Shown: positions 47,586 through 57,995 of the stretch, in pieces | How positions within the stretch are numbered: position 1 is the stretch's first letter | Layout of the letters: every line of letters begins with the position of its first letter | NCBI RefSeq assembly: GCF_021917145.1 | Contig: NC_061076.1 | Span: 13,096,768-13,160,767, forward strand | Origin: Hypomesus transpacificus | Taxonomy: Eukaryota | Reading direction: 5' to 3' | Length of the DNA stretch: 64,000 bases | Made by a program: the position numbers and the translations under genes | Notes under the pieces: model-generated | The model's database searches: none | Told to the model about the DNA's origin: nothing | Seen by the model: only the letters and a program-made list of their open reading frames with translations

Positions 47586-49511
47586 ATGGACAGATGGCTG
47601 CTAAGAACGTCAGAGAAAAGCTCGGAAGAGCAATCCACCAGTGCCTCTGAACCATCCACGAGTGCCTCTGAACCATCCACCAGTGCCTCTGTTCCGCGAT
47701 CTTCAGGTGGGACAGGCATTTATGATGCAGGGGACCCCGGTGAGAAAAAAAAGCATCGCAAATTTCTAAAGGAATACATTCAATTCGGATTCACGTGCCA
47801 TGTTAAAAATCCGGTGGAGCATCCACAATGTGTGCTTTGCGGCGACGTTCTGGCACACGAAAGTTTAAAACCTGTTAAAATGAAAAGACATTTAGAAACT
47901 CGACACCCAGATCATGCCCAGAAACCCATTCAGTTCTTTCAAAGAAAAGAAACGGCACTGCTTGGGCAAAAGTCTGCAATGCATGGGCAAGCAACTGTGC
48001 CCACCAAAGCCCTCGCAGCATCCTATGAGGTGGCCCACCTGGTAGCAAAATCTCTGAAGCCACACACAATTGCTGAGAGTCTACTCCTCCCTGCAGCAAT
48101 TGCAATGGTGAGTGCAATGCACGGCGAAAAGGTTGCGAATGCATTGAAGACCATCCCGCTCTCCAATAACACCATGTCCAGGCGCATTTACGACATCGCC
48201 CACGATATGAAATGTCAAATGCTTGAGCGAGTACAAAACAGCAGATTTTCTTTGCAGCTGGACGAGTCCACAGACATGGTTGGTGTCGCACACCTGATGG
48301 TGTGTATTCGTTACAGTCACGAGGGAAAACTCCACGAGGATATGCTGTTCTGTGCTCCATTAGAAGGACGGTGTACTGGTGATGACATTTTCAATTGTCT
48401 AAAAAGTTGGATGGAGGACGCAGGATTGTGTTGGGAAAAATGCATAAGCATATGCACTGATGGAGCCGGAGCTATGATGGGGAAAAATAAAGGACTTAAA
48501 GCAAAGGTTTTCACTGTTGCACCACACATCAGGTTTACCCACTGCCTTATCCACAGGGAAGCCTTGGCAGCGAAATCACTGGAACCAGAGCTGGAGGATG
48601 TTCTCCAAACAGCAGTCAAAATAGTCAATCACATCAAGTCACGCCCCCTAAACACCAGACTCTTTGCCATTCTATGCCAAGAGATGGGAGCTACTCACGA
48701 ATCACTTCTGTTCCATTCAGAGGTTAGGTGGCTTTTGAGAGGAAAGGTTCTTACACGCCTATTCGAGCTGAGAGATGAGGTGCACACCTTTCTCTACAAC
48801 ACACACTCCACTTTTGCGCATCATCTTGCCGACTCAACATGGATCGCATGTCTTGCATACCTGTCGGGTATATTTGACAAATTAAACTCACTAAATATAT
48901 CACTGCAAGGCCCCAACAGTAACATCCTATCCCTGTCAGACAAAGTCAATGCTTTCATGAAAAAGCTGGAGCGTTGGGCAGCCCGTATCGAGAATGGCGA
49001 TTTCGAAATGTTCTCAGACCTACATGAATTTTTGGAAGAGAATGCCATTAATGTCACTTCACTTAAATGCTCAATAATCAGTCACCTCCACCAGCTCCTG
49101 CAAAAATTCCACCAATACTTTCCCGCAGAGAATGTGGAAAAATATGACTGGATACGTCAGCCATTCAGCAGCTGCGCTTCAAGCGAAGTAGACTCTGAGC
49201 TCGAAGATGCGTTGCTTGAGCTCTCCAGTGATCGGACGTTGCAGATGTCGTTTGCATCCAAGACACTGGATGAGTTTTGGCTTTCAGTTGCACAGGAGTA
49301 CCCCGCACTGTCTGCGGCCGCTATGGCCATTCTTACACACTTTGGGTCGACATATCTGTGCGAAAAGACATTCTCGTCCCTAGTGTACTTAAAAAACAAG
49401 TACAGATGTCGGCTGAGCAGCGTGGAGGAAAATCTCCGAGTCGCCGTGTGCGGCATCAGCCCAAGAATGAATGTCTTATGTTCCAAAAAGCAGGCCCACC
49501 CTTCACATTAA
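47586..49511 (+). CDS. hAT-Buster / ZBED5-like transposase, 641 aa, apparently intact.
   Basis: Uninterrupted ORF with an N-terminal zinc-finger region ('KKKHRKFLKEYIQFGFTC...QCVLCGDVLAHESLKPVKMKRHLETRHP'), a DDE/RNaseH-like core ('SLQLDESTDMVGVAHLMVCIRY', 'CISICTDGAGAMMGKNKG', 'HCLIHREALAAK') and a hAT C-terminal dimerisation domain ('LSSDRTLQMSFASKTLDEFWLSV...YLCEKTFSSLVYLKNKYRCRL'). Confidence 0.8.
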   Translation: MDRWLLRTSEKSSEEQSTSASEPSTSASEPSTSASVPRSSGGTGIYDAGDPGEKKKHRKFLKEYIQFGFTCHVKNPVEHPQCVLCGDVLAHESLKPVKMKRHLETRHPDHAQKPIQFFQRKETALLGQKSAMHGQATVPTKALAASYEVAHLVAKSLKPHTIAESLLLPAAIAMVSAMHGEKVANALKTIPLSNNTMSRRIYDIAHDMKCQMLERVQNSRFSLQLDESTDMVGVAHLMVCIRYSHEGKLHEDMLFCAPLEGRCTGDDIFNCLKSWMEDAGLCWEKCISICTDGAGAMMGKNKGLKAKVFTVAPHIRFTHCLIHREALAAKSLEPELEDVLQTAVKIVNHIKSRPLNTRLFAILCQEMGATHESLLFHSEVRWLLRGKVLTRLFELRDEVHTFLYNTHSTFAHHLADSTWIACLAYLSGIFDKLNSLNISLQGPNSNILSLSDKVNAFMKKLERWAARIENGDFEMFSDLHEFLEENAINVTSLKCSIISHLHQLLQKFHQYFPAENVEKYDWIRQPFSSCASSEVDSELEDALLELSSDRTLQMSFASKTLDEFWLSVAQEYPALSAAAMAILTHFGSTYLCEKTFSSLVYLKNKYRCRLSSVEENLRVAVCGISPRMNVLCSKKQAHPSH

Positions 49512-49895
49512 TGTAAAAAAAAAAATACAAACGACAACATGCTGTGATAAGACTGGAAGTCCCAAGCTATAAATACCCTCAATACATTAAGATCGGATGC
49601 ATGCTCTTGGCTTTAATTTTATTTTTATAAATGTTTTGAGGTTTGTCGCTTATGCGTCTTGTTCAGGCCTGTCGTGTGTAAGTTCTTGTTTTAAATAAAC
49701 TAGTCACCTTGTAATTTTTCCTTTGATACAATTGTTTCTTGTTTGATTATTTTCCTTTCAGTTTGTACAATTGTGGGAACATGCAATAAGCCGGTTTTAA
49801 AATGAGAAAAAAAAAATAGGGGGTCGCCAGACGTCACCACAGAATTTTGGGGGGTCGCCAGGGGAAAAGTTTGAGAACCGCTGATCTAGACAGAC

Positions 49896-49930
49896 GTTAG
49901 CAATAGTCTAGAGTCTAGACTATTGCTAAC
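49896..49930. repeat. 35-bp perfect palindrome gttagcaatagtctaga-g-tctagactattgctaac, immediately 3' of the Buster TSD.
   Basis: Read directly. It is part of the longer palindromic insertion target (45925-46272 / 49884-50085). Confidence 0.85.
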
Positions 49931-51224
49931 GCCACACATAGACTTTTCAGCAACTGCGGCTTAGCTGTTGGCTTAGCTGACTGTCCTCGGTGAAATGGTT
50001 CGAGCAAATGTGTTATTGAGGTTCGAACTGCACAGATATTCTCATATAGACAAACATGACACAGCCCATTGAGTGTTTGGGTCCTTAAGAAGACTCTGAA
50101 AAGTGTCAGCATTCCCTGTACAGTCTGGAACACTGCATTTATTCCCATAGTCCATTTTCAATATGCTAGAAAAACCTTCTTTGTAATTCTGTGGAAGTAC
50201 ATAGAGCAGCGCGCAGCAAATTTTGGGGCGTGACAAAGGTACAGACCAGAGCCAAAAACGTGGAGCCCCGTTGAGACGCCACAGCAGGGAGATTTTTCAG
50301 GAACTAATGTTTCACAGCTACATTTTTTAATTGGGAGATTTACATAGGAAAGAGGTGTCAATGGACTTTGAGGTTCACTGTATGTCCATTTTACCCACTG
50401 AACTGTCGTTATTCAACTGTGACAAGGTTCTGCAATCAATCGCCCCTTTAACCTTTAATAAACCCTTCTAACCCTTCCTCAACACTCTTCTAATACCTTT
50501 CCTTAAACAAAAATAAAATTACACTTATGAGCTCCCACAAAATACACAGCTTAAAAAAATTACCCAAACAACTGACAAAATGCTAATTGACTCCATGTCA
50601 ATGGATATTGAAGTGCACGTGGTCTTAAAAATCAGAGATACCAGGGCTCCAGACTGCGACCAAATGGTCGCATTTTGCAAGACTTTTTTTTTTTGAGACA
50701 TTTTTTATAAGTACTTGTGGATGTGCAACCTACAAATTTGGAATGCATTTGATGTACACAACGTCAGCACACATTAGCAACGACGCATAGATACGACGTT
50801 CTAGTAAGACAGCGATATCAGCAGCCCTCAGCATTAGTACTGTAGCTAAAAGTCTAGGAAAGTTGAGGCTACTTTTCGCTAGGTACCTATAAACCTAGTT
50901 AAAAGTCTTGGAAAATGTAGGCTATTTTTCGCTACGTGCCTACGAACATGTCTTTATCTGCCAGACAAGTGGGTTCCCCTTCATTCTTTGGGTGAGCTGT
51001 CTCACGAGCCTTTCTTACCCGGCGTCATGGAGCCGAGCAGCTAAATACTTATTTAGCACTACCGTTGTAAGCTACTGGATCTCAGCCTGTGTTTGCGCTG
51101 TTGCTCAGCAGGCGATTCTAGGATCAGACTATTAGGGGTACAGCCCCCAATGACAATGTGACATGAATACAGTACAGTGCCTTGCAAAAGTGCAAAACCC
51201 CCTTGCTATTAGATCCCTAATTTC

Positions 51225-51640
51225 ACTGGATAACAATTTACATGTATTCATTTAGCAGACGCTTTTATCCAAAGTGACTTCCAAGAGAGAGCTTTACAAA
51301 GTGCATAGGTTACTGATAATAACAACAAGATAGCCGCAAGCATTGGGGGTAGCCAAAACAAGAAGTACACATTGTGAACAACCAAAAAATAAGTGCCAAA
51401 GGGAAGAACCATAAGAGCATGTAGTTAAGCAAGTTACAATTTAAACAACATGAATCACTAAGTGCAAGTGTACCTGTAGAAAAGCAAGCAACAGAAAAAA
51501 AAAAAAAAAAAAAAGGTTAAACTAAATAGAATATTTTGCAGCCAATACAACAGTTTAAATCAGTTACCACTAACCAACAAGAGCAACAAGAGTCATTGTG
51601 ATCCTTGAGAAAACTAGCATGGGTTCAGCAAACCATTCCT
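51225..51640 (-). mobile_element. Second 5'-truncated L2 3'-end copy, preceded by a Tc1 terminal-repeat fragment (51172-51215).
   Basis: About 90% identical to 45040-45460 ('tacatgtattcatttagcagacgcttttatccaaagtgacttccaagagagagctttacaaagtgcatagg...'). The fragment 'tacagtgccttgcaaaagtgcaaaaccccc' sits just upstream. Confidence 0.7.
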
Positions 51641-52900
51641 GATGTAGTGAGGTCAGCAAGACCACACGGAGCCAACATCTTGCCACACCTGAAGAGTGAT
51701 TCAATCACATCAGACAAACCTAATCAGCCTTTGTGACACCCACAGTATGCTGATTACCCACCAAATGCCGATGCAAAGGAACCATAGAAATGGGGGGGGG
51801 GACCTCCCCAATCTCAGCCCTCCTGCTAGCTTGCAAGCTTCAAAGGGCCTGCTTGAGACAACACGTCTCCAGAAACCATTTGCATCCGTTTTGGCGGCAG
51901 TTGAACAAAGAACATACCTTAATCAGTACTTTTGAGGAAAGTTCTTCAGATTTCACCTTTACCACGAGAGTACAAGGTGGAGAATTATGAGAGGGATATT
52001 TGTGTCATGTTTGTTACTTTGTTTTAATGTTGTGTTCACTGAAATCTTGATTCTAGTAACTAATCCTTCTTCCTGAAAGATAACCATGTCATTCTTGGTA
52101 TCTACACAAAGCTCTCATAATAAAACAACCATTAAACTATATTTTGTAACTGTACCAAGATGTCCAGAACAATATTTGAATGATCTTTTGAACCAGCCAG
52201 AGACCAGATCACACCTTTGGTAGGTGTGAAGGAAGGAGGGGAGAGTTGACAACCCAGCTTCCCCCAATCAACGTCTGACCCAGACAGGTCCTCCCTCGAA
52301 CTCTGAACTGTATAAATATCTGAGATGACCATTAATCTCAGACTCCAGCGAAACCAACCATGGCATGAACGCCATCGGGATTGGCGTTCCCAAGCTTCTC
52401 CTGAGATCGCGACACTATCTGGACGTTTCAACAGAAGAACCCAAAACGCAACTATCATTGCGACTTGACTGAGATCCCGCAGATTCAGCCACACGACCTT
52501 GCAGCGCAGCCGTGCTTTCACTTCCGATTCTTCAAATGGACCTTTGGCGCAAACCGCCCTCAACCTCATTGATCAACCCCTGATCAAACGTAACTATGGC
52601 TAACGCTCTTTCCTCCCAGACATGGCATTGGCGTGAGCTCTGTTTATGATTTGTAAGGATGTAATCATTGATTTACCATTTCTGTCTTTCTTTAAGTTAG
52701 TCCATTTCATTCTGTTCATTGAAAACAAGCGAAGCAGGTTCAGGCAGGGGGACGCGAGACCTAGCGCGACTAGCAATCGTCATCACGCGTCAGGCACACC
52801 CTTCTAATAGGGCAGGGTATATAGCAGGGAATCCCAGTCCTGCAGGGCTAGTGCGACACAAACACTCTCGGTCTCCTGCGGATTCTCCTACGGTATAGCC

Positions 52901-54100
52901 ATGTCCGATCGCTCCGAGTCCGATATGGAAGGTACGGAAGGTGTAGGCGCCGGCTCGGGGGAAGAAGTCGAGGTATTCCCTGCGGCTGGAAATTCTAAAC
53001 TGCGACGGAGTGGTCGACTGGCGGGGCGTCAACCCGTCCCGCTCGACGATTGGCCTCTACCTCGTCTCTTGGCCGGGTTTTACGAAAAAGGATGCACTCC
53101 TCCGATCGGGCTGTCGCACGAAGAGCTTTACCTCCGCTTCGTGGATCTGTGCGAGGAGGAGACGGAGGTTCCAGTTCCTCGCAAGGCAACGAGGAAGAGC
53201 AAGTGGGGTCCAGCTGCGGAGGCAAGTTCGGCTGCACATTCTCGGGCGGGATCCTCGGCCGGCCCGGTCGACTTGCAGTCTGGCCTCGTGCTTAAGGCAC
53301 TCGTCGACCTTCGGGGCACGCTAGCCTCGATGGATGCACGCCTGCTTTCCCTCGAGGGAGCCAGGGCCCTGGGCGCGGCTCTTCCATCCCCGCCGAGGAT
53401 CCGGCCGGCTGCGCATGCCATCCGGCCCTCCTTCACCCTGGCCAGCGCGTTGCCCGTGGCGGCCGCGGGCGCCTCCTTCCTCCCTCCTTCGGCAGCCCTC
53501 CCCGATGGCCTCCGGGAGAGCATTTTGGCAGGTAAAGACGTGAATCTCGTTAAGATCTTGTTGTGTAGGCCCGAATCTTTAGGGAGTCGGGTCGTGGAAT
53601 GCGGCGATGTGGCAGTGGTCTTGAGGGACGCCGATCCCAGGCTCACCAAGATGTTGACTCTGGCGGAATTCGTTGTGGCATTCGGTGTTTTCCGCGATGT
53701 CATCTGCGAGGAGTTCCCCGAGAGGCGTATGGAACTCGACACCTACCTGGCCGTCATCGCCGACCTCGCGCTGTCATACGGGGGCGGCCTGTTTTATGAA
53801 TATCACCGGGGCTTTTCCGCTAAAGCCGCCCTGTACGTCCGTCGTTTCAATCAGCGTCTGGACTGGTCGGTGCTGGACCTGGAGCTGGTCAGTCGCACCT
53901 TCTCTGGGCTTCGCCCGTTATGCTGTGCAGTGTGCGGGTCCTTCACCCATTCTACCGGGCTCTGTCCGCACAGGGTGGCGGCCAAGGTGGGTGGGTCCGC
54001 GCCCGCCGAGCAAGGCGGTTCCGGTGGTGCGGGGCGGCGTCCGGGAAAGCACCTCCGTGGTAAACACGACCCACGTACCATATCAATAGATAAAGCTTAG
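52901..54100 (+). CDS. ORF1 of the Ngaro-like element: 399-aa Gag-like protein with a C-terminal CCHC zinc knuckle.
   Basis: GC-rich uninterrupted ORF starting 5 bp after repeat A1. The C-terminal 'CAVCGSFTHSTGLC' fits C-x2-C-x4-H-x4-C. It is Ala/Ser/Pro-rich and carries a basic tail. Confidence 0.55.
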   Translation: MSDRSESDMEGTEGVGAGSGEEVEVFPAAGNSKLRRSGRLAGRQPVPLDDWPLPRLLAGFYEKGCTPPIGLSHEELYLRFVDLCEEETEVPVPRKATRKSKWGPAAEASSAAHSRAGSSAGPVDLQSGLVLKALVDLRGTLASMDARLLSLEGARALGAALPSPPRIRPAAHAIRPSFTLASALPVAAAGASFLPPSAALPDGLRESILAGKDVNLVKILLCRPESLGSRVVECGDVAVVLRDADPRLTKMLTLAEFVVAFGVFRDVICEEFPERRMELDTYLAVIADLALSYGGGLFYEYHRGFSAKAALYVRRFNQRLDWSVLDLELVSRTFSGLRPLCCAVCGSFTHSTGLCPHRVAAKVGGSAPAEQGGSGGAGRRPGKHLRGKHDPRTISIDKA

Positions 54101-54660
54101 GGGCACTGTCTGCGCCAAGCTACACTCGTCTAGATATGCATGGCGCAGACCCTATTTACATAGAGGATTGCACCTCCATGCGGTGCGGTGGTACGGGGAC
54201 ACACAGTGCTACGCAGCTCACGGTCACTCAGTACGATAGATAAAGCTTAGGAGCACTGTCTGCTCTGAGCTACACTCGTGAAGGTACTCATGGCTAGATG
54301 AGGCTTAGGGGCACTGTCTGCTCTGAGCTACACTCGTGAAGGTACTCATGGCTAGATAAAGCTTAGGGGCACTGTCTGCCCTGAGCCACACTTGAGTAGG
54401 TCAATCATGAAGCTTAGGAGCACTGTTTGCTCTGAGCTACACTCGTAGATTAAGCATGGCTAGATAGAGTTTAGGGGCACTGTTTGCTCTGAGCTACACT
54501 TTATCATGTCAAACATGCACAACATGCTGCTCGTTCACAGGTAAGGCTTAGGAGCACTGTCTGCTCCGAGCTACGCATGTACAGGATAACATGGATAGAT
54601 AAAGCTTAAGGGCACTGTTGCTCTGAGCCACGCTTACTCCAGGTAGCATAGCACTTTCAC
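54085..54660. repeat. Minisatellite, ~58-bp unit x ~9-10.
   Basis: Repeating 'gataaagcttaggggcactgtctgctctgagctacactcgtgaaggtactcatggcta' with variants, directly after the ORF1 stop. Confidence 0.8.
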
Positions 54661-56713
54661 TCACTCGCGTCACTCACACACACACAGATTAGGCTCGGGA
54701 CGCGTCTGCAGAGCGCACCTGTGAGGGTAAGTATGGCGAACACCAGTCACTCTAGCACTTCAGTGGTTGCACATACACACAGCAGTCTCGTACGTTCATC
54801 TCGTCTGGTGTGTGGTTTGTGTTGGGGAATGCTGTTGCTGCTCTCTGCCCGGATGTCGAGACGGTGTCTCAGGGAGACGGTGTCTCCGTTGGTGCGGCAG
54901 GGAGCCGCTGCGAGCACAACCATACGCCAAACCAAATATTACAATGATGTATTGTATCATGTGGAATAAAGTATCTGTAACAAAACTACCAGTCCTCCTG
55001 CCTGAAACAAGCGAAGCAGGTTCAGGCAGGGGGACGCGAGACCTAGCGCGACTAGCAATCGTCATCACGCGTCAGGCACACCCTTCTAATAGGGCGGGGT
55101 ATATAGCAGGGAATCCCAGTCCCGCAGGGCTAGTGCGACACAAACACTCTTGGTCTCCTGCGGCCTCGCCTCCCCGGCCTCCTCCCTTTTGTCTGGTTTT
55201 CTTTTTCTTCTTTCTCAGGGGGAATGCTGTTGCTGCTCTCTGCCCGGATGTCGAGACGGTGTCTCAGGGAGATGGTGTCTCCGTTGGGTGCGGCAGGGAG
55301 CCGCTGCGAGCACAACCATACGCCAAACCAAATATTACAATGATGTATTGTATCATGTGGAATAAAGTATCTGTAACGAAACTACCAGTCCTCCTGCCTG
55401 AACCAATAACTCATATCAAACCCATAATCTAACTTGTTCATAAGATCTGTTTACCTTACTTGAATAAATTCATTGTAAAGATATTTTGACGTGCGTGTTC
55501 ACTGATGCTACGATTGGCTCTACACTTAGAACGAATTCATTCCTAAAGATGAGACTGATTATTACATGTTAAATATAGGATTCCCTAATGTCCTAAACCA
55601 ATATTAGGGTGGTGCCCCGAACTTTATGATAAATTAAGTATTTCTATTTTAACACGACGAGACCCCGCTACACTAGGTACCGTTGTACTCCCGGAACAAG
55701 TGCGTCTTGAGCCTTCTCTTGAAGGTGGAGAGACTGTCTCTGATGGAGGTGGGGAGTTGATTCCACCACTGGGGAATCAATTAATTCATGTATGTATTAT
55801 TATGCAAAATATTGAATGAATGAAATAACTAAGGATGTCCCATTCTTCAGGAACTATCAGCATCAAATGAAAATAAACAATAATTTTTATTTTATTTATT
55901 ATTATAATTTTTTGGCTGCTGAGATGAAATTTGGGTGTGCTTGAGCACCCCTAAAAAGGGTCTAAAATCGCCACTGGTAGGAGGACTGATTGATAAGTGC
56001 ATCATAAATTTAAGGCATTTAGCTAAGACTTGCATGTACAGTACGTAATGTTACATTAGATGTGTATTTAAACTCAAGCTTGTGTGGTGCGTGGCTGTAT
56101 ATCCAGGGCTCTAGAGTGCGACCAAAATTTGTACGGGTGCAACTAAAATTGTTCCTAGGTCGACCGGTGCACCTAACCTCCTCGCATCCGCTGCCTCTCA
56201 AGGAACGAAGCGTTTGTTTCTTCTTTGACGGAACTCACACTCATGGTTGGATCATACTGTGATCTAAACCATAGACATAGTAAAGAGTAAACGCCGCATC
56301 GACCGCTACTGCTTACTGGCGCTGACGAGCCGTGGGGCCGCCATCTTGGAAAGGTCCACCGCTCCACTCAGTGTAATCTGTTTGGCTGGGGCAATGAGCT
56401 GTCAGCGCATTTAATTAATCATACCGAACTGATTTTCATACAGTTTGCTTTGCTGCAAAGGTCATACATGTAGCTATGATACAGGACATGGTTATTATTT
56501 TCACAAAATACAACCAATAGTATGGTTATCTTACTTGTAAAAAGTAATGCCCTGAGCCCTGTTTTCGATTATCCGTCGATTTGAGCAGGAATATGCTGCA
56601 CAGTGCTGGCACCTTGTTTATTCTGATGCTAAGCAACTATTAACTTGACCTTTCCAAGATGGCGGCCGCATTTCTTGCGCCCAGCAGCCAAATATTATGT
56701 CTATGGTCTAAAC

Positions 56714-57995
56714 GAGTGTTTCCCAAACTTTTTTTCCTGGGGACCCATATTTTAAAAGTCACAAGCCTTCGCGACTCAAGCCAATAGACATTATTCGTAA
56801 ATCACAATATAAATTGATTTGACCATTAATGAGGATATTTTATTGCTATTTTATAAATGATATTTTATTGTTATTTCAGAACTTGTAGGCCTTCTGCCAT
56901 TGTAAATAATCTATGTCAGTTCAGAGTGATCACATCTCTTTGAACAATTAAACCAGAAATATTTAAAGAAGGTATTAACAATAAGTGCCTATTTGGACAT
57001 TAAATATAGGCTATTAAAAAACATTTCCATGTCTTCTTCTTTTCAACATAAGATTACAAATGATACAAACATGTTGTACCAATTCGACATTAGCCTACTA
57101 ATGAGATAGGTGGGCCTGTCTGCGTTTTTGTAGTGTGTTCCAGTCCGGGGTGCATGAGGAGAGCGCTACACGCATATCAGGCGCAGCATTCAGTCTGTTT
57201 CTGTGTCTTGTCTTCATTTTTGTGAGCACAGAAAATCCCAATTCACACATGTATGTGGTAGTGAAAGGAATAAGCATAGACATGCTGGCCCTACTAAGGA
57301 CAGGATATTCTGACGATATGCTTATCCAGAATGACGATAAGGTCACAGATCCATGGCGTCTTTGCAGAGTGCGATCGCAGCTGAGCTGCAACAACTCGGT
57401 TTCTTCTGCAGGACTAAGAGTCAACTCAAGCAAAGCCTCAGGACTCTCAAACTCGAAGGGATTTTGGATACACCTTTTGTCATGCAGAATGGCATACCTC
57501 TCTGTTGGAAAATAGCGTTCAAAGTTCTCAATGAGCGCAACGAGATGAGTTTGAATGAGCGCAGATAGGTGTTTCAGTTGTGTGGCCGCAACATCGTGTT
57601 CTTCTACGTGCTTCAACACAGTAGGAAACATGTAGTGACTTGGGTCTGGCCTTCTGAGTCGTGCAAGTCACAGCTTCAAGGACTTTTGGAAAGCCTGAAA
57701 AAAATTCCAATTTAGGAAAACATTGTCGTTGCGTCCCTGTAATTTCGAGTTCAGGTCGTTAAGGGATGATTAAATATCGGCCAAATAAGACAAATTGAGA
57801 AGCCAATCATCATTGAATAATTCGGCAAGAGTGGACTTTTTCTGGATGAGGAACGCTTGCCTTTGGACAACCAGCGTACTTCAGTGTGAAACAGTAAGTG
57901 TGTGTGTTCTGCTCCCATGTCAGTGCACAGTTGATCAAACAGCCGGTTGTTAAGTGCACTGGCCTTAATGAAGTTTACAACGCGAATGACTTCGC
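56714..57995 (-). mobile_element. Decayed, 5'-truncated copy of the same hAT-Buster family.
   Basis: Minus ORF 57098-57631 'LSCDRTLQRRHGSVTLSSFWISISSEYPVLSRASMSMLIPFTTTYMCELGFSVLTKMKTRHRNRL...KRRQAHLSH' parallels the C-terminus of the 47586-49511 ORF. ORF 57751-58188 contains 'SEVIRVVNFIKASALNNRLFDQLCTDMGAEHTHLLFHTEVRWLSKGK'. A terminal-repeat-like sequence 'gagtgtttcccaaactttttttcctggggaccc' lies at 56714. Confidence 0.65.

Larger units (their letters stand above)
46273..49883 (+). mobile_element. hAT-Buster-like DNA transposon with 14-bp terminal inverted repeats CAGCGGTTCTCAAA, perfect 8-bp TSD ATCTAGAC and a complete 641-aa transposase ORF. A nested 0.87-kb repeat sits in the 5' region.
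   Basis: Left end 46273 'cagcggttctcaaagtgg...'; right end '...tttgagaaccgctg' 49870-49883. TSD atctagac at 46265-46272 and 49884-49891. Subterminal 'ggggtcgc' repeats at both ends. Repeat copy C is inserted at 46540-47420. Confidence 0.85.
52726..55400 (+). mobile_element. Non-autonomous retroelement with split direct repeats A1-[ORF1 plus minisatellite]-B1-A2-B2, which is Ngaro/DIRS-like (YR-retrotransposon) architecture. It lacks RT and recombinase ORFs.
   Basis: A1 52726-52895 matches A2 55006-55165 at ~97% ('acaagcgaagcaggttcaggcagggggacgcgagacctagcgcgactagcaatcgtcatcacgcgtcaggcac...gtctcctgcgg'). B1 54825-55005 matches B2 55222-55400 at ~97% ('ggaatgctgttgctgctctctgcccggatgtcgagacggtgtctcaggga...ctaccagtcctcctgcctgaa'). 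The B end 'cctgcctgaa' is the reverse complement of the A start 'ttcaggcagg'. Confidence 0.6.

Noticed and set aside
52132-52569. 145-aa minus-strand ORF upstream of the Ngaro-like element.
   Set aside because: No domain signal, and its strand is opposite to the adjacent element.
53128-53742. 204-aa minus-strand ORF, plus several other long ORFs in both strands between 52995 and 54089.
   Set aside because: They are antisense or alternative frames of the GC-rich Ngaro-like ORF1; high GC content suppresses stop codons.
54085-54660. Regular ~58-bp repeats that could superficially resemble a CRISPR array.
   Set aside because: This is a eukaryotic context. The units are contiguous with no unique spacers, which makes it a minisatellite inside a retroelement.
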